A DNA stretch of 45,692 nucleotides from Eubacteriales bacterium (GTDB lineage: Bacteria; Bacillota; Clostridia; Oscillospirales; CAG-272), in assembly GCA_045580775.1 (NCBI GenBank), contig JAZNOK010000015.1:1-45692 (forward strand), given 5' to 3'. The notes under the pieces were generated by a model. It was not told the origin of the DNA and made no database searches. It saw nothing but the letters and a program-made list of their open reading frames with translations. Positions 36,733 through 45,652 of the stretch are shown piece by piece. The stretch's first letter is position 1. Every line of letters starts with the position of its first letter. Position numbers and translations under genes: made by a program.

Positions 36733-37805
36733 TATTGCTCTGAACCTTTCAGCTTTTCTGCCGTATCAGCTGTAATCAGTGCATCTATCATTGAACCTAT
36801 ATCTCCGTTCAAAAATGCCTCAAGTGAGTATAATGTCAGACCTATCCTATGGTCGCTTACCCTTCCCTGAGGATAATTATAGGTACGTATGCGTTCGCTT
36901 CGGTCTCCCGTACCTACCTGACTTCTTCTCTCACTTGCTATCTTCTCGTTCTGCTCGGTGAGCTTCATATCATAGAGTTTTGCCTTTAGCAGCTTCAGTG
37001 CTTTATCCTTGTTTTGGAACTGGCTGCGTTCATTTTGACACTCTATTACAATTCCGGTAGGTTTGTGAGTAAGTCTGACCGCACTCTCGGTCTTGTTGAC
37101 ATGCTGACCTCCGGCACCGCTCGATTTACACGATTCTATAATAATATCGCTGTCTTTGACCTCAATCTCAACATCCTCAGCTTCAGGCAGAACAGCTACA
37201 GTAGCGGTCGAAGTTTGTATCCTGCCCTGGCTTTCAGTCTCAGGTACTCGCTGTACGCGATGAACACCCGACTCAAACTTCAGTCTGGAATACGCACCCT
37301 CTCCCATAACGGTAAAGCTGACTTCCTTAAATCCCCCAAGTTCAGTTTCGTTGCATCCCACAAGCTCGCACTTGTACCCGATTGACTGAGCATACATGTT
37401 GTACATTCTGTAAAGCACATACGCAAACAGGGCAGCCTCCTCCCCTCCTGCACCTGCACGAATCTCGACAATAACGTTTTTATCGTCATTTTCATCCTTA
37501 GGAAGCAGCAGAATCTTTAGCTGTTCGACTGATTGTTCCAGTTTGGCTTTCAGTTCTTCGTATTCAGCACGTGCAAGCTCACGCATATCCGAGTCAGCTG
37601 ATGAATCGTCTGCAATCTCCAATGCATCCGACATCTGACTCTCAAGTTGTTTATACTCACGAAATTTGTCAATAACAGGAGTCAGCTGCTTATATTCCTT
37701 CATCAGAGCCTTGTACTTTTCCATATCAGCTACAGTCTCGGGAAGAGCAAGCTCTTGCTCTATGTGTACAAATCTAAGCTCCGCATCATTCAGTTTATTG
37801 ATCAT
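36732..37805 (-). CDS. prfA: Peptide chain release factor 1
   Basis: EIRAGAGGEEA, ESGVHRVQRVPET (PxT motif of RF1), GAGGQHVN and RSERIRTYNYPQGR. Confidence 0.97.
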   Translation of the reverse strand: MINKLNDAELRFVHIEQELALPETVADMEKYKALMKEYKQLTPVIDKFREYKQLESQMSDALEIADDSSADSDMRELARAEYEELKAKLEQSVEQLKILLLPKDENDDKNVIVEIRAGAGGEEAALFAYVLYRMYNMYAQSIGYKCELVGCNETELGGFKEVSFTVMGEGAYSRLKFESGVHRVQRVPETESQGRIQTSTATVAVLPEAEDVEIEVKDSDIIIESCKSSGAGGQHVNKTESAVRLTHKPTGIVIECQNERSQFQNKDKALKLLKAKLYDMKLTEQNEKIASERRSQVGTGDRSERIRTYNYPQGRVSDHRIGLTLYSLEAFLNGDIGSMIDALITADTAEKLKGSEQ

Positions 37806-37835
37806 AGTTGCAATCTAACCTTTTTCATTATTAAT

Positions 37836-39203
37836 TCAGTCGCATAAAAAAGCGAGAAAACCAAGATGTGCACAATACAGGTCAGCCTTTGAAATGACCT
37901 CGATCGGTGCGTGCATGCTGATCACCGGAACGCCGATGTCGATAGTGTCAATGTTAAGATTTGCAATAAACTTAGCAACAGTACCGCCGCCGCCGATATC
38001 AATTTTTCCAAGCTCCGCCGACTGCCATACAACACCGTTATCTGAAAAGATCCTGCGTATTTTTCCGACAATTTCAGCAGACGCATCACTGGTACCGCCC
38101 TTACCCCTTGAGCCTGTGTATTTGGACATTGCCACACCGCAACCGAGCATAGCTGAATTCGCCTTTTCATATACATCGGCAAAATTAGGATCAAAAGCCG
38201 CTGTCACATCGCTTGAAATACAAAACGAATTAGCTCTGACCAGACGCGGGTTTGCTCCTCTCTGCAGAGCTATCTCTTCAATAAGATCACAAAGAAGCCG
38301 TGACTGCATACCTGTATTACCGTCGCTTCCCGTCTCTTCCTTGTCAGCCAAAACTACCATCTGAGTAGAATTTGTATTAGTAGATTCAAACAACGCCGTA
38401 ACCGAAGGATAAGCACACACCTTGTCATCGTGTCCGTATGCGGCAATCATAGATCTGTCAAGGCCAACATCACGTGCCTTTCCCTGCGGAACAGCACAAA
38501 GCTCGGCACTGACAAAATCATCCTCGGTAATTCCGTATTTTTCATTAATAATACTCATTACATGTCTCTTAACAGCATCGCTATCATCGTCAATAGGCTG
38601 AGAACCGACAAGAAGATTCAACTGCTCACCTGTTATTGCAGTGCCTAAAGGAGCCTCTGACTGCTTGTGGGCAAGGTGAGGAAGAAGATCGTTTACATAA
38701 AGAATAGGATCAGACTCATCCTCTCCGATCACTACGTCAATTACACTCTCGTCTGCTTTTACAACCACTCCGTGAAGGGCTAGCGGAACTGTCGTCCATT
38801 GGTATTTTCTGATGCCACCGTAATAGTGTGTCTTGAGAAATGCCAAGCCTCCGTCTTCATAAAGAGGCCTTTGCTTCAGATCCAATCTCGGTGAATCTAT
38901 ATGTGCCGCCAGGATCCTAATTCCCTCGCTTACATCCCCTTCACCGATCCTGAAAAGATATAACGATTTGTCTCTGTTGTTAAGGTAGTACTTTCCGCCA
39001 ACTTCCAGCTTGTCTCCAAACTTATATTCGGAATATCCGTTCTCACAGGCAAGCTTTATCGTGTATTTGAGAGCATCGCGTTCGGTCTTAGAATTATTCA
39101 GAAAGTCCATATATCCAATTGCATATTCTTGTGTCTTGTCTACTTTATCCGGTGCTACATCAAAAAAACTCTTTTTGTTATACATAATATCCTTTTCACT
39201 CAT
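37836..39203 (-). CDS. M18-family aminopeptidase
   Basis: HIDSPRL, YYGGI, GHDD, DKEE, SSDV, GGGGT and MHAP motifs. Confidence 0.9.
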   Translation of the reverse strand: MSEKDIMYNKKSFFDVAPDKVDKTQEYAIGYMDFLNNSKTERDALKYTIKLACENGYSEYKFGDKLEVGGKYYLNNRDKSLYLFRIGEGDVSEGIRILAAHIDSPRLDLKQRPLYEDGGLAFLKTHYYGGIRKYQWTTVPLALHGVVVKADESVIDVVIGEDESDPILYVNDLLPHLAHKQSEAPLGTAITGEQLNLLVGSQPIDDDSDAVKRHVMSIINEKYGITEDDFVSAELCAVPQGKARDVGLDRSMIAAYGHDDKVCAYPSVTALFESTNTNSTQMVVLADKEETGSDGNTGMQSRLLCDLIEEIALQRGANPRLVRANSFCISSDVTAAFDPNFADVYEKANSAMLGCGVAMSKYTGSRGKGGTSDASAEIVGKIRRIFSDNGVVWQSAELGKIDIGGGGTVAKFIANLNIDTIDIGVPVISMHAPIEVISKADLYCAHLGFLAFLCD

Positions 39204-39223
39204 TGTACAATCCTCCCTGATAA

Positions 39224-39796
39224 TTAGAATTCTTCACCGTACAAATCAATGTATTTATTGATCGCGTCATTTACCTTTTTTACATATTGTTCTGTCTCCG
39301 GGAAAGGAATATTCACGAGATTTCCTTCCGAGTCAGTACAGCTGCTATCATCCAACCACCCAGAGACAGTGCCCATTCCGGCGTTGTATGCCGCAAAAAC
39401 AACATTCCAATCCCCGAAATAACGATATAGATAACTCAGATAATATGTACCGTATCTGATGTTTGTCTCCGGATCATACATCATACCCTTTTCATAGCTA
39501 TCGCCAAGTTTTCCGGATATTTCTTCAAATGTCGCGGGTGCTATCTGCATAAGACCGATCGCACCTGCCGAACTTTGTGCCGTAGAGTCAAAATCGCTCT
39601 CAGTTTTGATAACTGCGTAAACGATCTTCTTAGGAACGCCAAAGGATGAACTCGAGCTTTCAACAAAATCACTGTATACAAGCGGATACGCTTTCTTCTC
39701 AGCGTTTTCCCACAGTTGAGAAGCAAAATAACCTATCACAAGAGACAGACTAACCACTATAACTACTGCAAGAGAACGTAAAATAGCCTTTTTCAT
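39224..39796 (-). CDS. Lytic transglycosylase (SLT domain) with N-terminal TM anchor
   Basis: VIKTESDF (catalytic Glu), GAIGLMQI, NIRYGTYYL, AAYNAG and PETEQYV. Confidence 0.9.
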   Translation of the reverse strand: MKKAILRSLAVVIVVSLSLVIGYFASQLWENAEKKAYPLVYSDFVESSSSSFGVPKKIVYAVIKTESDFDSTAQSSAGAIGLMQIAPATFEEISGKLGDSYEKGMMYDPETNIRYGTYYLSYLYRYFGDWNVVFAAYNAGMGTVSGWLDDSSCTDSEGNLVNIPFPETEQYVKKVNDAINKYIDLYGEEF

Positions 39797-39804
39797 ATAA
39801 ATAA

Positions 39805-40398
39805 CTAATCCTTTATTGTGTCAAGAACAACCCTGACTCTGCAAAGCAACCTTGCTATATCAGAATTGTTGTCTATGATATAATCGCAGTTTTCGCAAAA
39901 GAATGCATCAGTATGCTGAGCAACCATTCGTGCAGTTGCTTTGATAGAGGTAATACCGTCACGGTCGCATATACGCTTTATCCTGCTCTGCCTATCGCAT
40001 ACAACAGCCACAGTATGATCGCAAATACTGTCCATACCCGCCTCAAAGAGCTGAGGGGCATCAATAATGAGAATATCTGTTCCTTTTTCCCGTTCTTTTT
40101 TTATCAGGGACTCACATGCATCTCTGACAAAAGAATGAGCTATCCTGTTAAGATCGGAGAGTGCCTGTGAATCGCCAAAAACTATATCAGCCAGTACAGG
40201 TCGTATTATCGCACCATCCGCATCGGAAATATCAGGACCAAAACGTTCAATCAGAGCACGCGAACAATCACTGTCCGACGATATCATGTCATGATACAAT
40301 TCATCTGTATCTATCACGGAGCACCCAAGAGTGCGAAACAGCCTGCAAACCATCCCTTTGCCGGATCCCGAGCCACCTGTCAAACCAACTATCTTCAC
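39805..40398 (-). CDS. coaE: Dephospho-CoA kinase
   Basis: IVGLTGGSGSGK, IDTD, LADIVF, DAPQLFE and RICDRD. RBS GGAGG lies 5 nt before GTG 40398. Confidence 0.92.
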   Translation of the reverse strand: MKIVGLTGGSGSGKGMVCRLFRTLGCSVIDTDELYHDMISSDSDCSRALIERFGPDISDADGAIIRPVLADIVFGDSQALSDLNRIAHSFVRDACESLIKKEREKGTDILIIDAPQLFEAGMDSICDHTVAVVCDRQSRIKRICDRDGITSIKATARMVAQHTDAFFCENCDYIIDNNSDIARLLCRVRVVLDTIKD

Positions 40399-40449
40399 AA
40401 AAACCTCCATCTGCCGACCAAGGCACACAAATAGCGAGTATACTTTTTT

Positions 40450-40478
40450 ATTATAGCAAACAAACAACTGAAATTCAA
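40450..40478 (-). promoter_or_regulatory. sigmaA promoter of the coaE-slt-peptidase-prfA-sua5 run
   Basis: TTGAAT-17 bp-TATAAT with a TG extension. Confidence 0.7.
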
Positions 40479-40500
40479 GCATAATATCATTATTTTTTTA

Positions 40501-40528
40501 CACAATACTACCTTTGTGTGCATATATT
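40501..40528 (+). promoter_or_regulatory. Candidate sigmaK-like (mother-cell) promoter
   Basis: CACA-16 bp-CATATATT upstream of the ATPase gene. Confidence 0.4.
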
Positions 40529-40576
40529 TGTATTACGCTCATTATCAAAACGATTACTTAAGGAGAATAAGCAAAA

Positions 40577-41668
40577 ATGAATGCAAACAATACAAATAAT
40601 CCTGACAGAGCAAATTCAGTTGATACATACTTTGCGGCTTCTAACAGCGGCATTGGGTTTGTTTCATATTTCGACAGAATATTCGACAACACCTTCTTTG
40701 ATAGGATATACATACTAAAAGGCGGACCGGGAACAGGAAAAAGCAGTCTTATGAAAAATGCCGCAACTAAAGCTAAAGAGCTTGGTTTTCCTTATGAGTG
40801 TATTCTTTGTTCATCCGATCCTTCGTCGCTGGACGGTGTAATTATTTATACCGACAAAGGAAAAAGAGCCATTATTGACGGAACTGCACCGCACACCAGA
40901 GACACACAGACACCGGGGGCAATAGATGAGATCATAGATCTCGGTGCATTTTGGAATGACTGCACTTTAACTGAAAACCGTAGTACAATTATGATGCACC
41001 AAAAAAAGAAAAAAGAAGCTTATACAACGGCATACAATATTTTGTCTTGTGCACATAAGTACAATCAAAGAAAACGTCAGCTGTTATCATCTTGTATACA
41101 GGAGCAGAAACTCGAAAAAAGCATCAAAAGAATACTTAGTTCTCTACCAATACAGAACAAAGAGTACTCTGAAACTTACAAGCTCAAAAGTGCTATAAGC
41201 ACAGAAGGTCCCTTCACGTGCAATACATATAAAAGCGGATCTAAGAAAGCTATTGCGGTTTATGGCTCTCACGGTGCAAATTTTGCGGTATTCTCAACTC
41301 TGTATTCAATGGTTAAGTACAAAGATATCCCGATCACACTTTCTCCATCGCCTCTATCCCCCGAGATATGGGATGCAATGGTTATCGGACGTGAAATCAG
41401 TCTGTACGATTGCGGAAAAGAGCGTCCTTCAGATGCTTTACACGCAATAAATTCCGAGCGATTCTTGCACGAAGGAAAGCTCAGAGAAATAAAGCCTGAA
41501 CTCAGAATGCTGACCAAGCTTTCAGATGATGCTGTATCAATGGCTTACCGTATGCTCAAAGAAGCAAAAGCTCATCACTTTGCACTTGAAGAGATTTATA
41601 TAAAAGCAATGGATTTTCAAAAAAAGGAAGAGCAGCAAAAAACTCTGATGGAGAAAGTATTCAGCTAA
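40577..41668 (+). CDS. P-loop ATPase-like hypothetical protein (PRK06851-like)
   Basis: YFAASNS..GF, ILKGGPGTGKS, CSSDPSSLDG, IDGTAPH and H..LE.IY..AMDF. RBS AAGGAG. Confidence 0.7.
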   Translation: MNANNTNNPDRANSVDTYFAASNSGIGFVSYFDRIFDNTFFDRIYILKGGPGTGKSSLMKNAATKAKELGFPYECILCSSDPSSLDGVIIYTDKGKRAIIDGTAPHTRDTQTPGAIDEIIDLGAFWNDCTLTENRSTIMMHQKKKKEAYTTAYNILSCAHKYNQRKRQLLSSCIQEQKLEKSIKRILSSLPIQNKEYSETYKLKSAISTEGPFTCNTYKSGSKKAIAVYGSHGANFAVFSTLYSMVKYKDIPITLSPSPLSPEIWDAMVIGREISLYDCGKERPSDALHAINSERFLHEGKLREIKPELRMLTKLSDDAVSMAYRMLKEAKAHHFALEEIYIKAMDFQKKEEQQKTLMEKVFS

Positions 41669-41675
41669 AAAACAG

Positions 41676-41713
41676 AAAAACAGCCTTTTGCACAAATGCA
41701 AAAGGCTGTTTTT
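41676..41713. terminator. Bidirectional intrinsic terminator
   Basis: Perfect 17-bp inverted repeat AAAAACAGCCTTTTGCA / TGCAAAAGGCTGTTTTT between convergent genes. Confidence 0.9.
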
Positions 41714-43254
41714 TAGCAATATGCCACACTATGAAAAACTCTTTTTTTAATATATAAAGACCCGCATATTACGGCATATACAGAAATTACGCTAATAATG
41801 TGTATGCAAAGGCCCAAGGCATTCTCTGCACTGATGTAGATCAATTTAGAATACAAAAAGTTTACCAATGCACAGGACAATACAGCACAAGAAGTGGGAT
41901 ATAGAACTGTTTTGAACAAACTGCAGTCTATCTTAACTACCTCGGTAAGTTTCCAAAAGCTTGCCGATGCGTTTATTATTTCACTGACGGAGATCAATAT
42001 CACATAACCGAGTATTCCAAGACGAGGTATTAGCAGTATAACGCCCAGCACAGATACCGCGGCATCTACGATATTCACCGCCATCGTATACACCTGATAT
42101 CCAAGTCCCTTTAACATGGAATCTATAACCGTATCGAGATACATGATCGGTATTATAGGTGCAAGCAGCCTTATATACTTCCCCGCTTCCGAACTTGAGT
42201 ATATTACTCGTCCAAGAGCTCCCGAGTAGCTAATCATGATACCTGCCACGCAAGAAGCAAAAGCAAACGTTACTGTAATTGCCTTGTTTGCTGCACGGCT
42301 GATATGCCGAGACTGTGATCTGGCTTTTGCTTCTGCAAGTTCCGGCACAAGCAACGATGCAAAAGAACTTGTCAAAGACGCAGGATACAATACAACAGGC
42401 AGTACCATGCTTCCGAGCATTCCATAAGACTCAAGAGCAGCGGCATGAGAAAGACCGTTTCTCTTCAAGGCACGCGGAATCAGCATATGCTCCAGCGTCA
42501 CAAGAGCAGATCTGATGTAAGTACTTGCAGCTATAGGAACAGAAATCGCAGAAAGCTCTTTTACAGATGTCAAAACTGCCTTTTTACTCACACTACGTTG
42601 CTTCACTCTCAGATTTCTTGCGGAATCTATCCAACACATTGTACCACTGAAAACTGAGGACATACATTCGGATACCATCGTTCCCGCAATTATTGCTATG
42701 CATCCTCCCTCCACACCCTGTGGCAACAGAATACCAAACAGCAACACACAAGCAAGCATTCTTACCATTTGTTCAAAGATGCTTGATATTGCACTTTTAT
42801 ACACGCGTCTTACTGCATTAAAATATCCACCGAACACTGAACTTAAAGATATCGGAAGCATCGACAGAGCCATTATTCTGATGCATTTCACGGTTCTGAT
42901 ATCAATTAATAGTTCTTTTCCCACAAAATCTGCCCCAAAAAACAAAGCCACACTTGCTGTAATTCCAAACACAAGCGAATAACCAATAGCAGTACGCAAA
43001 GCTCTTTTAGCTTCAATTTTATCATCTCTTCCCAATGCTTCGGAAACTGTACGAGTTACACCGAGACTTACCCCGGAGCACGCAAAAGTCACACAAAACC
43101 CATACACGCTCATGACAAGCGACAAAAGTCCCATAGACTCGGCACCGACAGTATTAGATACATACGCATTCCAACAAACGCCGACAGTTCTCATAAAAAC
43201 AGCCGCACCGGCTAATATAATCCCATCTCTCAAAAATCGCTTTGTTCTGTTCAT
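41713..43254 (-). CDS. spoVB: SpoVB-like MOP-superfamily flippase (polysaccharide biosynthesis protein)
   Basis: About 14 TM helices; GAESMGL, EQMVR, LIPRAL...ALESYG, LVPELAE and LKGLG. RBS GAGGAG precedes ATG 43254; a sigmaE-like promoter lies upstream. Confidence 0.75.
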   Translation of the reverse strand: MNRTKRFLRDGIILAGAAVFMRTVGVCWNAYVSNTVGAESMGLLSLVMSVYGFCVTFACSGVSLGVTRTVSEALGRDDKIEAKRALRTAIGYSLVFGITASVALFFGADFVGKELLIDIRTVKCIRIMALSMLPISLSSVFGGYFNAVRRVYKSAISSIFEQMVRMLACVLLFGILLPQGVEGGCIAIIAGTMVSECMSSVFSGTMCWIDSARNLRVKQRSVSKKAVLTSVKELSAISVPIAASTYIRSALVTLEHMLIPRALKRNGLSHAAALESYGMLGSMVLPVVLYPASLTSSFASLLVPELAEAKARSQSRHISRAANKAITVTFAFASCVAGIMISYSGALGRVIYSSSEAGKYIRLLAPIIPIMYLDTVIDSMLKGLGYQVYTMAVNIVDAAVSVLGVILLIPRLGILGYVILISVSEIINASASFWKLTEVVKIDCSLFKTVLYPTSCAVLSCALVNFLYSKLIYISAENALGLCIHIISVISVYAVICGSLYIKKRVFHSVAYC

Positions 43255-43274
43255 ATCACCCACTCCTCGCTACA

Positions 43275-43303
43275 ACTATATGCTAAATAATACAGCAAAA
43301 TGA
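43275..43303 (-). promoter_or_regulatory. Candidate sigmaE promoter
   Basis: TCATTTT-14 bp-CATATAGT upstream of the spoVB-like gene; B. subtilis spoVB is sigmaE-controlled. Confidence 0.55.
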
Positions 43304-43435
43304 GAAACAGTGAAGGCTTACTTATCATGTTACACACAGTTGTATAAACTCGACAAAGCAGCACACATCTGATGCGTATTCTATCTAATACTGTCAGTGT
43401 GTAAAACGTCCGGGACACAAAATGCAATCAACATG

Positions 43436-43475
43436 AAAAAAACAAGGCCACCGTTTTTGAGCGGAAGCCTTGTTT
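43436..43475 (-). terminator. Intrinsic terminator of trpB
   Basis: Minus strand AACAAGGCTTCCGC...ACGGTGGCCTTGTTTTTTT directly after the trpB stop. Confidence 0.75.
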
Positions 43476-43486
43476 GTAATACTAAT

Positions 43487-44707
43487 TCATCTTATGCCGT
43501 AGTTCTCTATAACATAGTCCATATCCTTGTCACCTCTGCCGGAGAGATTGATGAGAACCGAACCATGCTCCATTGTCTTTGCAAGCTTCATTCCATACGC
43601 AACCGCATGAGAGCTCTCAATTGCAGGAATGATACCTTCCAAACGAGCGAGCTTGAAGAATGCATCTATAGTTTCTTCATCATCAATTACGTCATACTTG
43701 ACTCTTCCTATGTCCTGAAGAAATGCATGTTCAGGGCCCGAGGAAGGATAGTCAAGACCGCTTGCCACAGAATAAACAGGAGCGGGATCGCCGTTTTCAT
43801 CCTTGAGCATGATACTGTTAAATCCATGCATGATGCCTTCGGTTCCATACTTCAAACTTGCCGCATGGTCACCGAGTTTAGGACCTCTGCCAAGAGGCTC
43901 TATTCCGTAAATATCTACAGGGTCATTAAGAAATCCCGCAAACAACCCGGCAGCATTAGAACCGCCTCCGACACATGCTACGATAGCATTCGGAAGATGA
44001 CCTGTCATGTCCATAAACTGTTCTCTGGCCTCAATACCGACAACGCTCTGAAAATCACGAACCATCATCGGGAACGGATGAGGTCCAAGGACCGATCCTA
44101 TACAATAAATCGAATCCTTATATTCTTTGCTGTACGCATCAAACGCAGCATCTACAGCCTCTTTGAGAGTTTTGAGACCGTGTGTTACCTCAACAACATT
44201 TGCACCGAGTATCTTCATGCGGGCAACATTAGGAGCTTGCTTCTTTATATCGACCGAACCCATATATATATCACATTCAAGACCAAAATATGCCGCAGCC
44301 GAAGCAAGAGCAACACCATGCTGACCCGCACCGGTCTCTGCAATAACCTTTTTCTTGCCCATATATTTAGCCAAAAGAGCCTCTCCCATGCAGTGATTGA
44401 GCTTATGTGCACCTGAATGATTCAGATCTTCTCTTTTGGCGTAGAGCTGCACCTTTCCGCCGAGAGCATCGGAAAGACGCTCAAGATGAGATACAGGAGT
44501 CGGTCTTCCTTGAAACTCCTTCCTTATCCTGCGAAGCTCCGCAATAAATTTTCTGGACTGGCAAATAGAAAAATAAGCTTCTGTGATCTCCGCCATGGCA
44601 GCTTTCAGCTTGTCATCAATATAGGCACCACCGTACTTTCCGAAATAGCCGTCCTTATCAGGGTAATTATTGTAATAGGTATCAAAATCAATTCCGTTAA
44701 ACTTCAT
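43487..44707 (-). CDS. trpB: Tryptophan synthase beta subunit (stand-alone)
   Basis: [25 protein letters not shown] (PLP lysine), [35 protein letters not shown] and [17 protein letters not shown] lies 9 nt before ATG 44707. Confidence 0.95.
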   Translation of the reverse strand: MKFNGIDFDTYYNNYPDKDGYFGKYGGAYIDDKLKAAMAEITEAYFSICQSRKFIAELRRIRKEFQGRPTPVSHLERLSDALGGKVQLYAKREDLNHSGAHKLNHCMGEALLAKYMGKKKVIAETGAGQHGVALASAAAYFGLECDIYMGSVDIKKQAPNVARMKILGANVVEVTHGLKTLKEAVDAAFDAYSKEYKDSIYCIGSVLGPHPFPMMVRDFQSVVGIEAREQFMDMTGHLPNAIVACVGGGSNAAGLFAGFLNDPVDIYGIEPLGRGPKLGDHAASLKYGTEGIMHGFNSIMLKDENGDPAPVYSVASGLDYPSSGPEHAFLQDIGRVKYDVIDDEETIDAFFKLARLEGIIPAIESSHAVAYGMKLAKTMEHGSVLINLSGRGDKDMDYVIENYGIR

Positions 44708-44779
44708 TTCATGCATCCTCCGATTTATAAAAAATACGTTATGTTCAGTAAATAAGACAAATAATCATTTATCGGTAAA

Positions 44780-44806
44780 TCACCATCGTTTTGCCAATAT
44801 AAACAT
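44780..44806 (-). CDS. Putative 8-aa leader peptide MFILAKRW
   Basis: GAGGTG-tagt-ATG TTT ATA TTG GCA AAA CGA TGG TGA, between the T-box terminator and trpB. Confidence 0.35.
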   Translation of the reverse strand: MFILAKRW

Positions 44807-44816
44807 ACTACACCTC

Positions 44817-45073
44817 AAAAAAACAAAAAACCCATCCCAATCAGATTGGGACAGGAAATACCTGCGGTGCCACCCAAATTCACACAAAAAGCGTGCTCTC
44901 ACGTGTACAAAAATACACCCATGCTATAACGGGCATTCCCCGTCTCACCTAACCGCATCTGCAGCTCAGCTCGCCCTCCGAAGTCCATTCACTATAGCTC
45001 TGCTGTCGGCTCACACCAAACCCGACTCTCTGAGAACAAACACACTATAGTTACTACTCTCCATCAACGGTTT
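44817..45073 (-). promoter_or_regulatory. Tryptophan-specific T-box riboswitch
   Basis: Stem I with AGAGA and GGTGtGA motifs, specifier GAA-TGG-A (UGG = Trp, 44985-44987), CCGTTA, T-box AATTTGGGTGGCACCGC (44864-44880) and terminator CCTGTCCCAATC/GATTGGGATGGG followed by a T run. Confidence 0.93.
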
Positions 45074-45087
45074 ATATTCACGAAAGT

Positions 45088-45116
45088 ATGATACCACCGT
45101 AAAGATATTTTGTCAA
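45088..45116 (-). promoter_or_regulatory. sigmaA promoter of the T-box/trpB transcript
   Basis: TTGACA-17 bp-TATCAT with a TG extension. Confidence 0.8.
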
Positions 45117-45149
45117 GCTTTTTTTAAAAAAATATTTCGCCCCAAGCTA

Positions 45150-45178
45150 TTGACAAATCCGCACTTAGCATGTATAAT
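45150..45178 (+). promoter_or_regulatory. Consensus sigmaA promoter, divergent from the trpB promoter
   Basis: TTGACA-17 bp-TATAAT, perfect consensus. Confidence 0.85.
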
Positions 45179-45239
45179 ATGTAAATGTCAGCAGATAGCT
45201 GATTTGTCAGTTTCCGTACAGATATCCGGAGTGAACAGT

Positions 45240-45476
45240 ATGAAAAAGCTATTGAAATATTTCCCCCTGAGCCTCAGCACAACAGACGCCAAGTCACTTA
45301 TCATAACGATCGTGGTATATATCGTTGTTCCTGCTGCATTCGCTTTGATCTCTTCACTGTTTTCCAAGATCTTGCTACTCGGAGCGATACTGACACTGAT
45401 CTCTGCACTTTTTATGATCTATTGCCTTGTGGGCATTGTGATTGCAATTTTAAAAACTGCTAAGGTCATTAAATAG
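45240..45476 (+). CDS. Small hydrophobic membrane protein (78 aa), function unknown
   Basis: RBS GGAGTG before ATG 45240; 2-3 hydrophobic segments with basic ends. Confidence 0.7.
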   Translation: MKKLLKYFPLSLSTTDAKSLIITIVVYIVVPAAFALISSLFSKILLLGAILTLISALFMIYCLVGIVIAILKTAKVIK

Positions 45477-45572
45477 TTATGACCGCACACCGTGCGATTA
45501 TATAATGCGGAATCGGCTGTGTGCCCCGCCTCGGTTAAGTTCTCACCGTGTAAAAATCTGAGAACATTATAT

Positions 45573-45652
45573 GCGGGTATGGCGGAATTGGCAGACGCGC
45601 TAGATTCAGGTTCTAGTGGGGGCAACTTCGTGGAGGTTCAAGTCCTCTTACC
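45573..45652 (+). tRNA. tRNA-Leu (anticodon CAG), 3' end cut off by adapter sequence
   Basis: GCGGGTA acceptor strand, D-arm GCGGAATTGGCAGACGC, anticodon arm CTAGA-TT-CAG-GT-TCTAG, long variable arm and T-arm GGAGG-TTCAAGT-CCTCT. The 3' acceptor strand stops at TACC instead of TACCCGC. Confidence 0.93.

Noticed and set aside
43330-43404. TTACACAC...GTGTGTAA inverted repeat between spoVB-like gene and trpB as a possible ncRNA
   Set aside because: Only about 8 bp of clean pairing with no promoter/terminator pair or known motif; compatible with chance.
43397-44416. 339-aa plus-strand ORF
   Set aside because: Almost entirely antisense to a well-conserved trpB, with no RBS or recognisable motif; a shadow ORF.
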